Assembly: GCA_947572385.1 (NCBI GenBank)
Contig: CANPBX010000004.1
Coordinates: 23,262 to 87,261 of the forward strand
Source: an uncultured Clostridia bacterium
GTDB lineage: Bacteria > Bacillota > Clostridia > Oscillospirales > Acutalibacteraceae
DNA length: 64,000 nt
Direction: 5' to 3'
Shown here: in pieces, positions 56,551 to 64,000 of the stretch
Numbering within the stretch: the first letter of the stretch is position 1
Layout of the letters: every line of letters starts with the position of its first letter
The notes under the pieces: generated by a model
What the model was told of the DNA's origin: nothing
The model's database searches: none
What the model saw: the letters and a program-made list of their open reading frames with translations, nothing else
Made by a program: the position numbers and the translations under genes

Positions 56551-57216
56551 ATGAATAATAAAGAGGCTTTGGCCTTAGGTATCAAACAGCTTTCCACAGG
56601 CTATAACGCAAGGCCGGAGGACTTTATAAGGCCCGGCATTACCTTTGCCCCTCCGGCGCTGGATCCGGGACGGAGGGTCTACTCGGGCAAAATACCCTTC
56701 TTTGAGCTGGCGGCTGTGGGCCACGCGGCGGTCATTATGACTGACATTCCACTATTACCTGCCAGCCGGGGGCTTCGGTCCTGTGCGCCCGCCGGAGGGC
56801 CTTGAGTTCCGGCTGCTTGAGCGCGGCAGGGTCGGGGAGCTGTACCCCAACCCCGATTGGCCCAACGCGCCGCAGGATGATCACAAGCCAAAAAAAGTCC
56901 GGACGTTTTGGCGCTTGCCGCAGCGGACGGTAGGAAAATCGTTGGGATGTCTGGAGCTTCTGCCGACGCGCCCGGGATGTGGCAGGCCGGCATATAAGTG
57001 CCGCCGGAGTACCAGGGGCGCGTACTGGGGGCGCTGCTGGTGCTGGGGCTCTGCCATGAGGTTCAGAAGCGCGGGGCCGTGCCTTTCTACGGGACGAGCC
57101 TTAGCAATATACATTTGCAGAACATAACCTGCCGATGTGGCTTCGCCCCGGCGTGGGTGGCGGTATCCGCCAGAAAAAGAGAGGATCAACTATGGGAAAA
57201 CCGCTTAGTGAGATGA
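56551..57216 (+). pseudogene. Disrupted GNAT-family acetyltransferase
   Basis: Three frame fragments join into one GNAT-like protein (PGRRVYS..PFFE / PDVLALAA..G.IVGMSGASADAPGMWQAGI*VPPEYQGR...PFYGTSLSN); frameshift near the A7 run (56890-56896) and in-frame TAA at 56995. Confidence 0.75.
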
Positions 57217-58244
57217 CACTTGAGGAGTTATGGGAGCTGTTCCCCATATTCTTGACTGAGCATCAGGACTGCTGGGCAGACTGGTACAAGGATGAAATGC
57301 GGGTGCTGCGGGGCATACTCCCTCCCGGCTCCCTGCTGCACCATGTTGGCAGCACTGCCATTAAGGGCATATGGGCAAAGCCCATTATTGACATTCTGAT
57401 AGAGGCCCCGGACATGGCGGCACTGGACAATTCGGCAGGCGCGCTGAAAGCGGCGGGGTATATCTGCATGTCTCATGGCGGAAATCGTGTTGACTTCAAC
57501 AAGGGCTACACGCCCGAGGGATTTGCCCAGCGGGTGTTCCACCTGCACCTGCGGCTCATGGGGGACCATGACGAGCTGTATTTTAGAGACTATCTCAATG
57601 AGCACCCGGATATAGCAAAGGAGTATGAGAGGCTGAAGCTGGGCCTCTGGAAACGGTACGAGCACGACAAGGACGGGTATACCCGGCAGAAGACAGCGTT
57701 TGTACTGGAGCATACCCAGACGGCGAAAAAGGAGTACCGGGGGCGCTATATTTCCCCGGAAACGCTTGTCAGTGAGACCTTTTCTGAGGAGGCCCGGGAG
57801 AGAGTGCTGCAATTTCTGGCTTTCCTGCGCATGGAAGGAGCCGCTTTCGAGAGGGCTGGCGGCTATTGGGCTGGGCAGTATTACTGGGCGGCACTCTACT
57901 TCGGAGAGCCTGTATTTTATCTGCTTATCAATGGAACAGGGGACGAGGCAGCGTTTGCCCCAATAACAGTCTGGACCGACGACAGCGGCTCCACATGGTA
58001 TGAGGACGCGCCCTTATCCCAGGGGGAAAAGGAGCTCTGCTGGAAACACGTGGATGTCTGCGGACATTGCGGCTCCTGCCCCGGTGGTACAGAAAAAACT
58101 GTGTTTTGCAGGAAGTTTGATGATGTGTGCCGCACTGCCCTGCGGTTCATAGCTCCCAGTACTGTGGAGACGGCACTGCTGCAAAGATTGGCAGAGCTCC
58201 GATTTGCGGACATCAGAGGTAGAATAAGGGAAAGGAAGATATAA
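57192..58244 (+). CDS. GrpB/UPF0157 domain fused to an unknown Cys-rich C-terminal domain
   Basis: HHVGSTAI.G..AKPIIDI, FHLHL, FRDYL..HP..A..Y..LK, Y...KT.FV; C-terminal CGHCGSC motif. Confidence 0.8.
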   Translation: MGKPLSEMTLEELWELFPIFLTEHQDCWADWYKDEMRVLRGILPPGSLLHHVGSTAIKGIWAKPIIDILIEAPDMAALDNSAGALKAAGYICMSHGGNRVDFNKGYTPEGFAQRVFHLHLRLMGDHDELYFRDYLNEHPDIAKEYERLKLGLWKRYEHDKDGYTRQKTAFVLEHTQTAKKEYRGRYISPETLVSETFSEEARERVLQFLAFLRMEGAAFERAGGYWAGQYYWAALYFGEPVFYLLINGTGDEAAFAPITVWTDDSGSTWYEDAPLSQGEKELCWKHVDVCGHCGSCPGGTEKTVFCRKFDDVCRTALRFIAPSTVETALLQRLAELRFADIRGRIRERKI

Positions 58245-58246
58245 AA

Positions 58247-58780
58247 ATGGACATTCTTGAGCTGATACAGAACCGCAGAAGCTACCGTGGCCCCTATGAG
58301 AATACGCCCGTCCCCCGGGAGGACTTGCGAAGGATAATGGAGGCGGGGCTTGCAGCGCCCTCAGGGTGCAACAAACAGACCACAAGCCTTATTGCCGTGG
58401 ACGACCCGGAGCTGCTCCGAAAGCTCAAAGCGGCCATAAATCCGCCTATAGCTGAGACCGCCCCCGCCGCCATATTGGTGCTCGCCCGGGAGATAATTGC
58501 CTATAGGGACCGGTGCTACAGCGTGCAGGACTACTCGGCGGCTATCGAGAACATGCTGCTGGCAATAAAATCCCTGGGATATGAGAGCTGCTGGTATGAG
58601 GGGCATATCACGGACCTGGATAGGATAGACTTAAAGCTCGCTGAGATCCTGGATGTGCCGAAGGAGTACCGCATAGTGTGCCTGCTGCCTGTGGGAAAGG
58701 CTGCCCGGGAACCGAGCGCGGGGCCGAAAAAACTGGCCTTTGAGAAACGGGCGTGGTTTAATGGATTCGGGAACGACTAA
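58247..58780 (+). CDS. Nitroreductase family protein
   Basis: [31 protein letters not shown]. Confidence 0.92.
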   Translation: MDILELIQNRRSYRGPYENTPVPREDLRRIMEAGLAAPSGCNKQTTSLIAVDDPELLRKLKAAINPPIAETAPAAILVLAREIIAYRDRCYSVQDYSAAIENMLLAIKSLGYESCWYEGHITDLDRIDLKLAEILDVPKEYRIVCLLPVGKAAREPSAGPKKLAFEKRAWFNGFGND

Positions 58781-58806
58781 TAGATGAATTGGAGGAAGAA
58801 AAAGAT

Positions 58807-61635
58807 ATGAGCCTTGACAAAATAGAAGTTTTTGGTGCCCGGGAGCACAACCTTAAAAACATAGACGTGACTATTCCCCGGAACAGGCTGGTGGTCCTCA
58901 CCGGGCTGTCCGGCTCGGGGAAGTCGTCCCTGGCCTTTGACACCATCTACGCCGAGGGCCAACGGCGGTACGTGGAGAGTCTCTCGTCCTATGCGAGAAT
59001 GTTCTTAGGGCAGATGGAGAAGCCGGACGTGGACAAGATAGACGGCCTGTCCCCGGCTATATCAATCGACCAGAAGACCACCTCCAAAAATCCCCGCTCC
59101 ACTGTGGGCACTGTGACGGAGATATACGACTACCTGCGTCTGCTGTACGCCCGGATAGGCATACCCCACTGCCCTATCTGCGGCAGGGAGATCAAGCAGC
59201 AGACCATCGACCAGATCGTGGACCAGGTACTGGCGCTGCCTGAGAAGACAAAGCTGCAGGTGCTGGCCCCGGTGGTACGCGGGAGAAAGGGCGAGCATGT
59301 GAAGGAGTTTGACGCCGCCAGAAGGGGCGGCTTCGTGCGGGCAAGGGTGGACGGCCTTCTCTATGACCTGGGTGAGCCCATACAGCTTAACAAAAATCAA
59401 AAGCACAATATCGAAATAGTAGTGGACCGCCTGGTTGTCCATGAGGATATCCGCTCCCGCCTTGCGGACTCCATTGAAGTGGCCTCAGGGCTTACCGGAG
59501 GAATGGTGATAGTAAACGTCATAGACGGCGAAGATATCACCTTCTCCCAGAATTACGCCTGCCCGGAGCACGGCGTCAGCGTAGACGAACTCAGCCCCAG
59601 GATGTTCTCCTTCAATAATCCCTTCGGGGCCTGCAAAAAATGTACCGGTCTTGGAGTTTTCATGCGAATCGACCCAGCGCTGATAATACCCGACAAAAAG
59701 CTCTCCATACGCAAGGGCGGGCTCAAGGCCAGCGGCTGGGCCATGGAGGGCAGCACCATCGCCACCATGTACATGCAGGGCCTTTCCGAGCACTACAAAT
59801 TTTCCCTTGACACCCCCATTGGGGAACTGCCAAAGGAGATAGTGGATATACTTCTGTACGGCACGAAGGGTGAACAGATAAAGCTCACCCGCATGGGCGA
59901 GTACGGCAAGGGCAGCTCCTATATGGCGGCCTTCGAGGGGGTCATCAACAACCTGGAGCGCCGGTATAAGGAGACCTCCTCCAACTGGATAAAGGCCGAG
60001 ATAGAGACCTATATGAATGCCGTTCCCTGCGACGAGTGCCACGGCAAGCGCCTTTCCCCGGAGAGTCTGGCGGTAACTGTAGGCGGGGTCAATATTGCCG
60101 ACTTCTGCGACAAGTCCGTTACGGAGGCCCTGGAGTTTGTGCAGGCTCTGGAGCTTACTGAGCGGGAGAAGCTTATAGCCGCCCCCATTGTAAAGGAGAT
60201 AAAATCCCGGCTGGGATTTTTGCAGAGCGTCGGCCTTGAGTACCTGACCCTCTCCCGGTCCTCCGGCACCCTCTCCGGCGGCGAGAGCCAGCGCATACGC
60301 CTTGCCACGCAGATAGGCTCCTCCCTGATGGGTGTCCTGTATATTCTGGACGAGCCCAGCATTGGACTGCACCAGCGGGACAACAGCAAGCTCCTCGGCA
60401 CCTTAAAGCGCCTTCGGGACCTTGGCAACACGGTGATAGTTGTGGAGCACGACGAGGAGACCATGCGGGAGGCTGACTATATCGTGGACATCGGCCCGGG
60501 GGCCGGAGTGCATGGCGGGAAGGTTATATACTCCGGGCCGGTAAAGGGCATCATGAAGTGCAAGGAGTCCATCACAGGCCAGTATCTGAGCGGCAAGAAA
60601 AAGGTGGAGATACCAGAGACCCGCCGCTCGGGCAACGGCAAGTTTTTGGAGATAGTGGGGGCCAGCCAGAACAATCTCCGGAACGTGGACGTAAAGCTCC
60701 CTTTAGGTGAGTTGGTGTGTATTACCGGCGTGTCCGGCTCTGGGAAATCCTCTCTGATAAACGAGATACTCTATAAGAAGCTGGCGGCCGAGCTGAACCG
60801 CGCCCACACCTTCGCGGGGAGCCATAAGGAGATAAGGGGCCTTGAGCACCTGGACAAGGTGATACAGATAGACCAGTCCCCTATCGGCCGCACCCCTCGG
60901 TCCAACCCGGCCACCTATACGGGACTGTTTAACGACATCCGCGACCTCTATGCCAGCACCCAGGAGGCAAAGCTCCGGGGCTTTGGGCCGGGCCGCTTCA
61001 GCTTTAACGTAAAGGGGGGCCGCTGCGAGGCCTGCCAGGGGGACGGCATCATAAGGATAGAGATGCACTTTCTGCCGGACGTGTACGTGCCCTGCGAGGT
61101 GTGCAAGGGCCACAGGTACAACCGGGAAACCTTAGAGGTGAAGTACAAGGGCAAGAGCATATACGACGTGCTGGAGATGACCGTAGAGGAGGGCCTGGAC
61201 TTCTTCAGGGACCTGCCGAAGCTGAACCGCAAGCTCCAAACCCTGTTCGACGTGGGCCTGGGCTATGTGAAGATAGGCCAGCCCGCCACCACCCTCTCCG
61301 GCGGCGAGGCCCAGCGGGTGAAGCTTGCCACGGAGCTCTCCCGCCGGCCCACGGGCAAGACCATCTACATCCTGGACGAGCCCACCACCGGCCTGCACAT
61401 CGCGGACGTGCACAAGCTCATCGAGGTTTTGCAGCAGCTGGTGGACAAGGGCAACTCCGTGGTGGTGATAGAGCACAACCTGGACCTGATAAAGACCGCG
61501 GACCACATCATCGACCTGGGCCCCGAGGGGGGCAATCGGGGCGGCACCCTCGTAGCCCAGGGCACTCCCGAAGAGGTAGCCCTGGTGGAGGGGAGCTATA
61601 CCGGGCAGTATCTCAGGCCGCTTTTGGGAATATGA
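58807..61635 (+). CDS. uvrA: Excinuclease ABC subunit A
   Basis: [39 protein letters not shown], zinc-finger CxxC motifs; start at ATG 58807. Confidence 0.98.
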   Translation: MSLDKIEVFGAREHNLKNIDVTIPRNRLVVLTGLSGSGKSSLAFDTIYAEGQRRYVESLSSYARMFLGQMEKPDVDKIDGLSPAISIDQKTTSKNPRSTVGTVTEIYDYLRLLYARIGIPHCPICGREIKQQTIDQIVDQVLALPEKTKLQVLAPVVRGRKGEHVKEFDAARRGGFVRARVDGLLYDLGEPIQLNKNQKHNIEIVVDRLVVHEDIRSRLADSIEVASGLTGGMVIVNVIDGEDITFSQNYACPEHGVSVDELSPRMFSFNNPFGACKKCTGLGVFMRIDPALIIPDKKLSIRKGGLKASGWAMEGSTIATMYMQGLSEHYKFSLDTPIGELPKEIVDILLYGTKGEQIKLTRMGEYGKGSSYMAAFEGVINNLERRYKETSSNWIKAEIETYMNAVPCDECHGKRLSPESLAVTVGGVNIADFCDKSVTEALEFVQALELTEREKLIAAPIVKEIKSRLGFLQSVGLEYLTLSRSSGTLSGGESQRIRLATQIGSSLMGVLYILDEPSIGLHQRDNSKLLGTLKRLRDLGNTVIVVEHDEETMREADYIVDIGPGAGVHGGKVIYSGPVKGIMKCKESITGQYLSGKKKVEIPETRRSGNGKFLEIVGASQNNLRNVDVKLPLGELVCITGVSGSGKSSLINEILYKKLAAELNRAHTFAGSHKEIRGLEHLDKVIQIDQSPIGRTPRSNPATYTGLFNDIRDLYASTQEAKLRGFGPGRFSFNVKGGRCEACQGDGIIRIEMHFLPDVYVPCEVCKGHRYNRETLEVKYKGKSIYDVLEMTVEEGLDFFRDLPKLNRKLQTLFDVGLGYVKIGQPATTLSGGEAQRVKLATELSRRPTGKTIYILDEPTTGLHIADVHKLIEVLQQLVDKGNSVVVIEHNLDLIKTADHIIDLGPEGGNRGGTLVAQGTPEEVALVEGSYTGQYLRPLLGI

Positions 61636-61646
61636 AGGGAGGCTCT

Positions 61647-62168
61647 ATGCTGCGCAGAATAACGGTCTTTGACGCCATTGGCCAAAGGCAGCTTATGGAT
61701 ATATACCGGGAGAGTAATAAAGAAAACGCGATGGAATTCTATCATGGGAGGCCGCGGGCAGATGCCGTAAGGAGGGTCGAGCGCGACTTTCTGGAGTTCA
61801 TCAGGACAAAGTTTTTTAACGGAAGCGGACGCACATACTGGGTGCTTGAGCAGGAGCGTGTTTGGGTATGCGCTTTGCGGCTGGCAGTCGTTGAGCCGGG
61901 CGTTTTGTATCTCGAGTCGCTGGAAACTCACCCTGACTACCGGCGCAGAGGGTTTGCTGTGCGCCTGCTGAAAGGCATTATGGAAAAATTAAAGAAGGAC
62001 GGCCCATATAAGCTCTATGATTGTGTGCATATAAATAATGAAGCTTCGCTGAAAACCCATGAAAAGTGCGGGTTTAAAATAGTGTCTCAGGAGGGGTTCA
62101 ATTATCTTTTGGGAACACAGAACAGCCGTACTTATGGGCTGCAATATTCCTGGCCGCCGCCAGGCTAA
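61647..62168 (+). CDS. GNAT family N-acetyltransferase
   Basis: SD AGGGAGG; LETHPDYRRRGFA, NEASLKTHEKCGF; the 61101 ORF extension is an artefact. Confidence 0.85.
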   Translation: MLRRITVFDAIGQRQLMDIYRESNKENAMEFYHGRPRADAVRRVERDFLEFIRTKFFNGSGRTYWVLEQERVWVCALRLAVVEPGVLYLESLETHPDYRRRGFAVRLLKGIMEKLKKDGPYKLYDCVHINNEASLKTHEKCGFKIVSQEGFNYLLGTQNSRTYGLQYSWPPPG

Positions 62169-62186
62169 ACTAGAGGAGAATATCTT

Positions 62187-62819
62187 ATGCCATTTGACTT
62201 CAAAAAGGAACAAAAACGGCTCTATTTGCCCCCGAAAACGCCCGAAATAGTCACAATTCCGCCCATGAATTTCGTCGCTGTGGACGGCCTGGGCGACCCC
62301 AACGAGGAGGGCGGCGAGTACAAGGGGGCGCTGGAGGTGCTGTACGCTGTCTCTTACACGCTTAAAATGAGCTATAAGACAGACTATAAAATACCCGGCT
62401 TTTACGAGTACGTGGTGCCGCCCCTTGAGGGCTTTTGGGTGCAGCCGGGAGTCAAGGGTTTTGACTACAGCGACAAGTCCTCTCTCCTCTGGACCTCGGC
62501 GATACGGCTACCGGATTTTGTGCGGGAGGAGGACTTCGCCTGGGCCGTTAGTGCCGCTGAGAAGAAGAAAAAGCTGGACTGCTCCCTGGCGTATCTGCTG
62601 GCGATGGAGGAGGGGGTATGCGTGCAGATGCTCCATCTGGGGTCCTATGACAGCGAGCCGGAGTCGGTGGCACGCATGGACGCTTACATAGACGAAAACG
62701 GCTATGAGAATGATATGGCGGGCGATAGGCGGCACCATGAGATATATCTCAGCGACCCGCGCAAGACTTCGCCGGAGAAGTGGAGGACAGTTATACGGCA
62801 CCCCATAAGGAGGAAATAA
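62187..62819 (+). CDS. GyrI-like small-molecule-binding protein
   Basis: YVVPPLEGFW, CVQMLHLGSYDSE, HHEIYLSDPRK, TVIRHP. Confidence 0.85.
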   Translation: MPFDFKKEQKRLYLPPKTPEIVTIPPMNFVAVDGLGDPNEEGGEYKGALEVLYAVSYTLKMSYKTDYKIPGFYEYVVPPLEGFWVQPGVKGFDYSDKSSLLWTSAIRLPDFVREEDFAWAVSAAEKKKKLDCSLAYLLAMEEGVCVQMLHLGSYDSEPESVARMDAYIDENGYENDMAGDRRHHEIYLSDPRKTSPEKWRTVIRHPIRRK

Positions 62820-62821
62820 TT

Positions 62822-63595
62822 ATGAGCGCATACCGCACCGCTATAGAAACAAACTATCGGATGATAAAGGGTGAAAATATTGCTGAAAATGAGCGTGAGG
62901 CTATCGTGGGAGAGCTGCTTGAGGCGGCGGAGACGGACCCCGCCATGCCCACAGGCAGCCGCGCGATGTATCCGGTATTCTACATTCCCCCGCAGGGCGT
63001 GAAGCTCCAAAGCCTTATGGCCCAGATACCAAAGACAAAGATACTGGCCGGGAACATGTACGAACTGGAGATACTGCGGGTGCTGTGTTTGCTGGCCCCG
63101 GAGGACCCCCGGGTGGTCTTTATGCGGGACGCGACCCTGGAGCGCCTGAGGTCCACCTGCTTCGGCTGGGAGGACGACGGCGTGGGCGAGTGCTTCGACG
63201 CATCTTTGATAGTTCTGCGCTTTCTCTGTGCCGCCGCGCCGGAGGACAGGGAGTGGATAAAAGGCCGCATAGAGAACTATAACCGCCACGCGGACGATAA
63301 AAAGCGCCCCTGGTTCCCCCTCTGGTACTTCTGGCTCTGCCTATCGGAAATGCCTTTGGATCTGGCCCTGCCCGAGATAGCTCGGAACCGCGTTGAACTC
63401 GAGAAGAAGCTCCGGCGCAGCTACGTGATGCACAGCGAGCAGGACCTGGCGCTGCACCCTATGCTGGTGTGTATGCTTCGGAACTTGATGTCGCGCCTGC
63501 CGGAGTATTCCTGGTTGGCAGGATGTGAACCCTGTGTCAGCGGAGCGGATGGAAGAGTGGGGCTCCCTTTGCATTTTGCCGTAAGACCGACTTGA
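62822..63595 (+). CDS. Hypothetical helical protein
   Basis: SD AGGAGG before ATG 62822; coding-like composition; no recognised motif. Confidence 0.65.
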   Translation: MSAYRTAIETNYRMIKGENIAENEREAIVGELLEAAETDPAMPTGSRAMYPVFYIPPQGVKLQSLMAQIPKTKILAGNMYELEILRVLCLLAPEDPRVVFMRDATLERLRSTCFGWEDDGVGECFDASLIVLRFLCAAAPEDREWIKGRIENYNRHADDKKRPWFPLWYFWLCLSEMPLDLALPEIARNRVELEKKLRRSYVMHSEQDLALHPMLVCMLRNLMSRLPEYSWLAGCEPCVSGADGRVGLPLHFAVRPT

Positions 63596-63617
63596 ATTTT
63601 ATATAAGCTTCTTTGCC

Positions 63618-63651
63618 GCCGCTCCAGGCGATCACCTGGAGCGGCCTTTTT
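63618..63651 (+). terminator. Intrinsic terminator ending the uvr operon
   Basis: GCCGCTCCAGG-CGATCA-CCTGGAGCGGC followed by TTTTT. Confidence 0.9.
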
Positions 63652-63745
63652 ATGCCCTGTTCCCGGTATTACAGTATATAAATAACTTCCACTCGGCGGC
63701 AAAAGAGAGCCGCACGAGAATCTAAAATTTAAGAGGGTTGAAATC

Positions 63746-64000
63746 ATGAACAAAAGCAAGTTCCTTAAGAGACCACTTGCGGCGCTTCTGGCCATTCTTA
63801 TGGTCGTCGCTTTGGTCCCAATGAGCGCCTTCGCTGCTGAGCCTGATGTTATCAAGGTCAACGGCGTGGAAGCTACGCTCAGCGGAGACGCTTACTCTGT
63901 GAGCATCACCGCGCCTAACGGTACTGCCAGCGTTATCGAGAACGCGCTCAAGAGCGTTACCTTCGAGCTGCGCAGCAAAAACGGCATTACCGTCGGCATC
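63746..64000 (+). CDS. 5' part of a secreted/cell-surface (S-layer-like) protein, truncated by the window end
   Basis: MNKSKFLKRPLAALLAILMVVALVPMSAFA|AEPD signal peptide; strongly biased codon usage (GCT/AAC/ATC/GAG) suggesting high expression. Confidence 0.75.
   Translation, partial: MNKSKFLKRPLAALLAILMVVALVPMSAFAAEPDVIKVNGVEATLSGDAYSVSITAPNGTASVIENALKSVTFELRSKNGITVGI

Noticed and set aside
61101-61646. N-terminal extension of the 355-aa ORF overlapping uvrA
   Set aside because: Alternative frame of uvrA; the real GNAT starts at ATG 61647 with its own SD
55893-63595. Integron-like cassette array among the small accessory genes
   Set aside because: Intergenic gaps are too short for attC sites; no repeated recombination sites and no integrase
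63690-63745. c-di-GMP or other riboswitch upstream of the surface protein
   Set aside because: Only one hairpin; no GAAA tetraloop/receptor or other aptamer consensus visible
1-64000. CRISPR arrays, tRNA/rRNA genes, prophage, intact transposases, inteins in RecA or Uvr proteins
   Set aside because: No regularly spaced direct repeats, cloverleaf or rRNA signatures, or phage/transposase motifs seen; RecA, UvrA and UvrB show no internal insertions

Overview
A 64-kb, mostly GC-rich core-genome segment of a spore-forming Clostridia bacterium. An Oscillospiraceae/Acutalibacteraceae-like organism is inferred from gene order and protein style. It carries housekeeping operons: secDF; murR-HI0933-cmk-plsC-ispH/rpsA; rpsO-pnp; recA-recX; spoVT-rimP-nusA-ylxR-ylxQ-infB-rbfA-nrnA-truB-ribF; and radC-uvrB...uvrA. 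Small accessory genes (GNATs, a nucleotidyltransferase, NUDIX, GrpB, nitroreductase, GyrI-like) are packed into these operons. I found no rRNA, tRNA, CRISPR array, prophage or intact transposase. Best non-obvious signals: (1) a three-gene module made of a DUF5685-like protein with isoprenoid-synthase-like Asp-rich motifs, a J-domain/TPR protein with a 9-Cys tail ending in CC, and a membrane protein; (2) two copies of a 102-bp MITE-like element; (3) a REP-like hairpin family placed just after stop codons, with compensatory changes; (4) an identical 13-mer candidate LexA box at recA and at a roughly 10-gene radC-uvrB-uvrA operon; (5) a CTG start codon required to include the FAD-binding motif of HI0933; (6) several apparent pseudo-enzymes, a GNAT pseudogene, an internal in-frame start in an AraC gene, and a cluster of DnaA-box-like 9-mers. 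All family names come from motif recognition only; no database searches were run.
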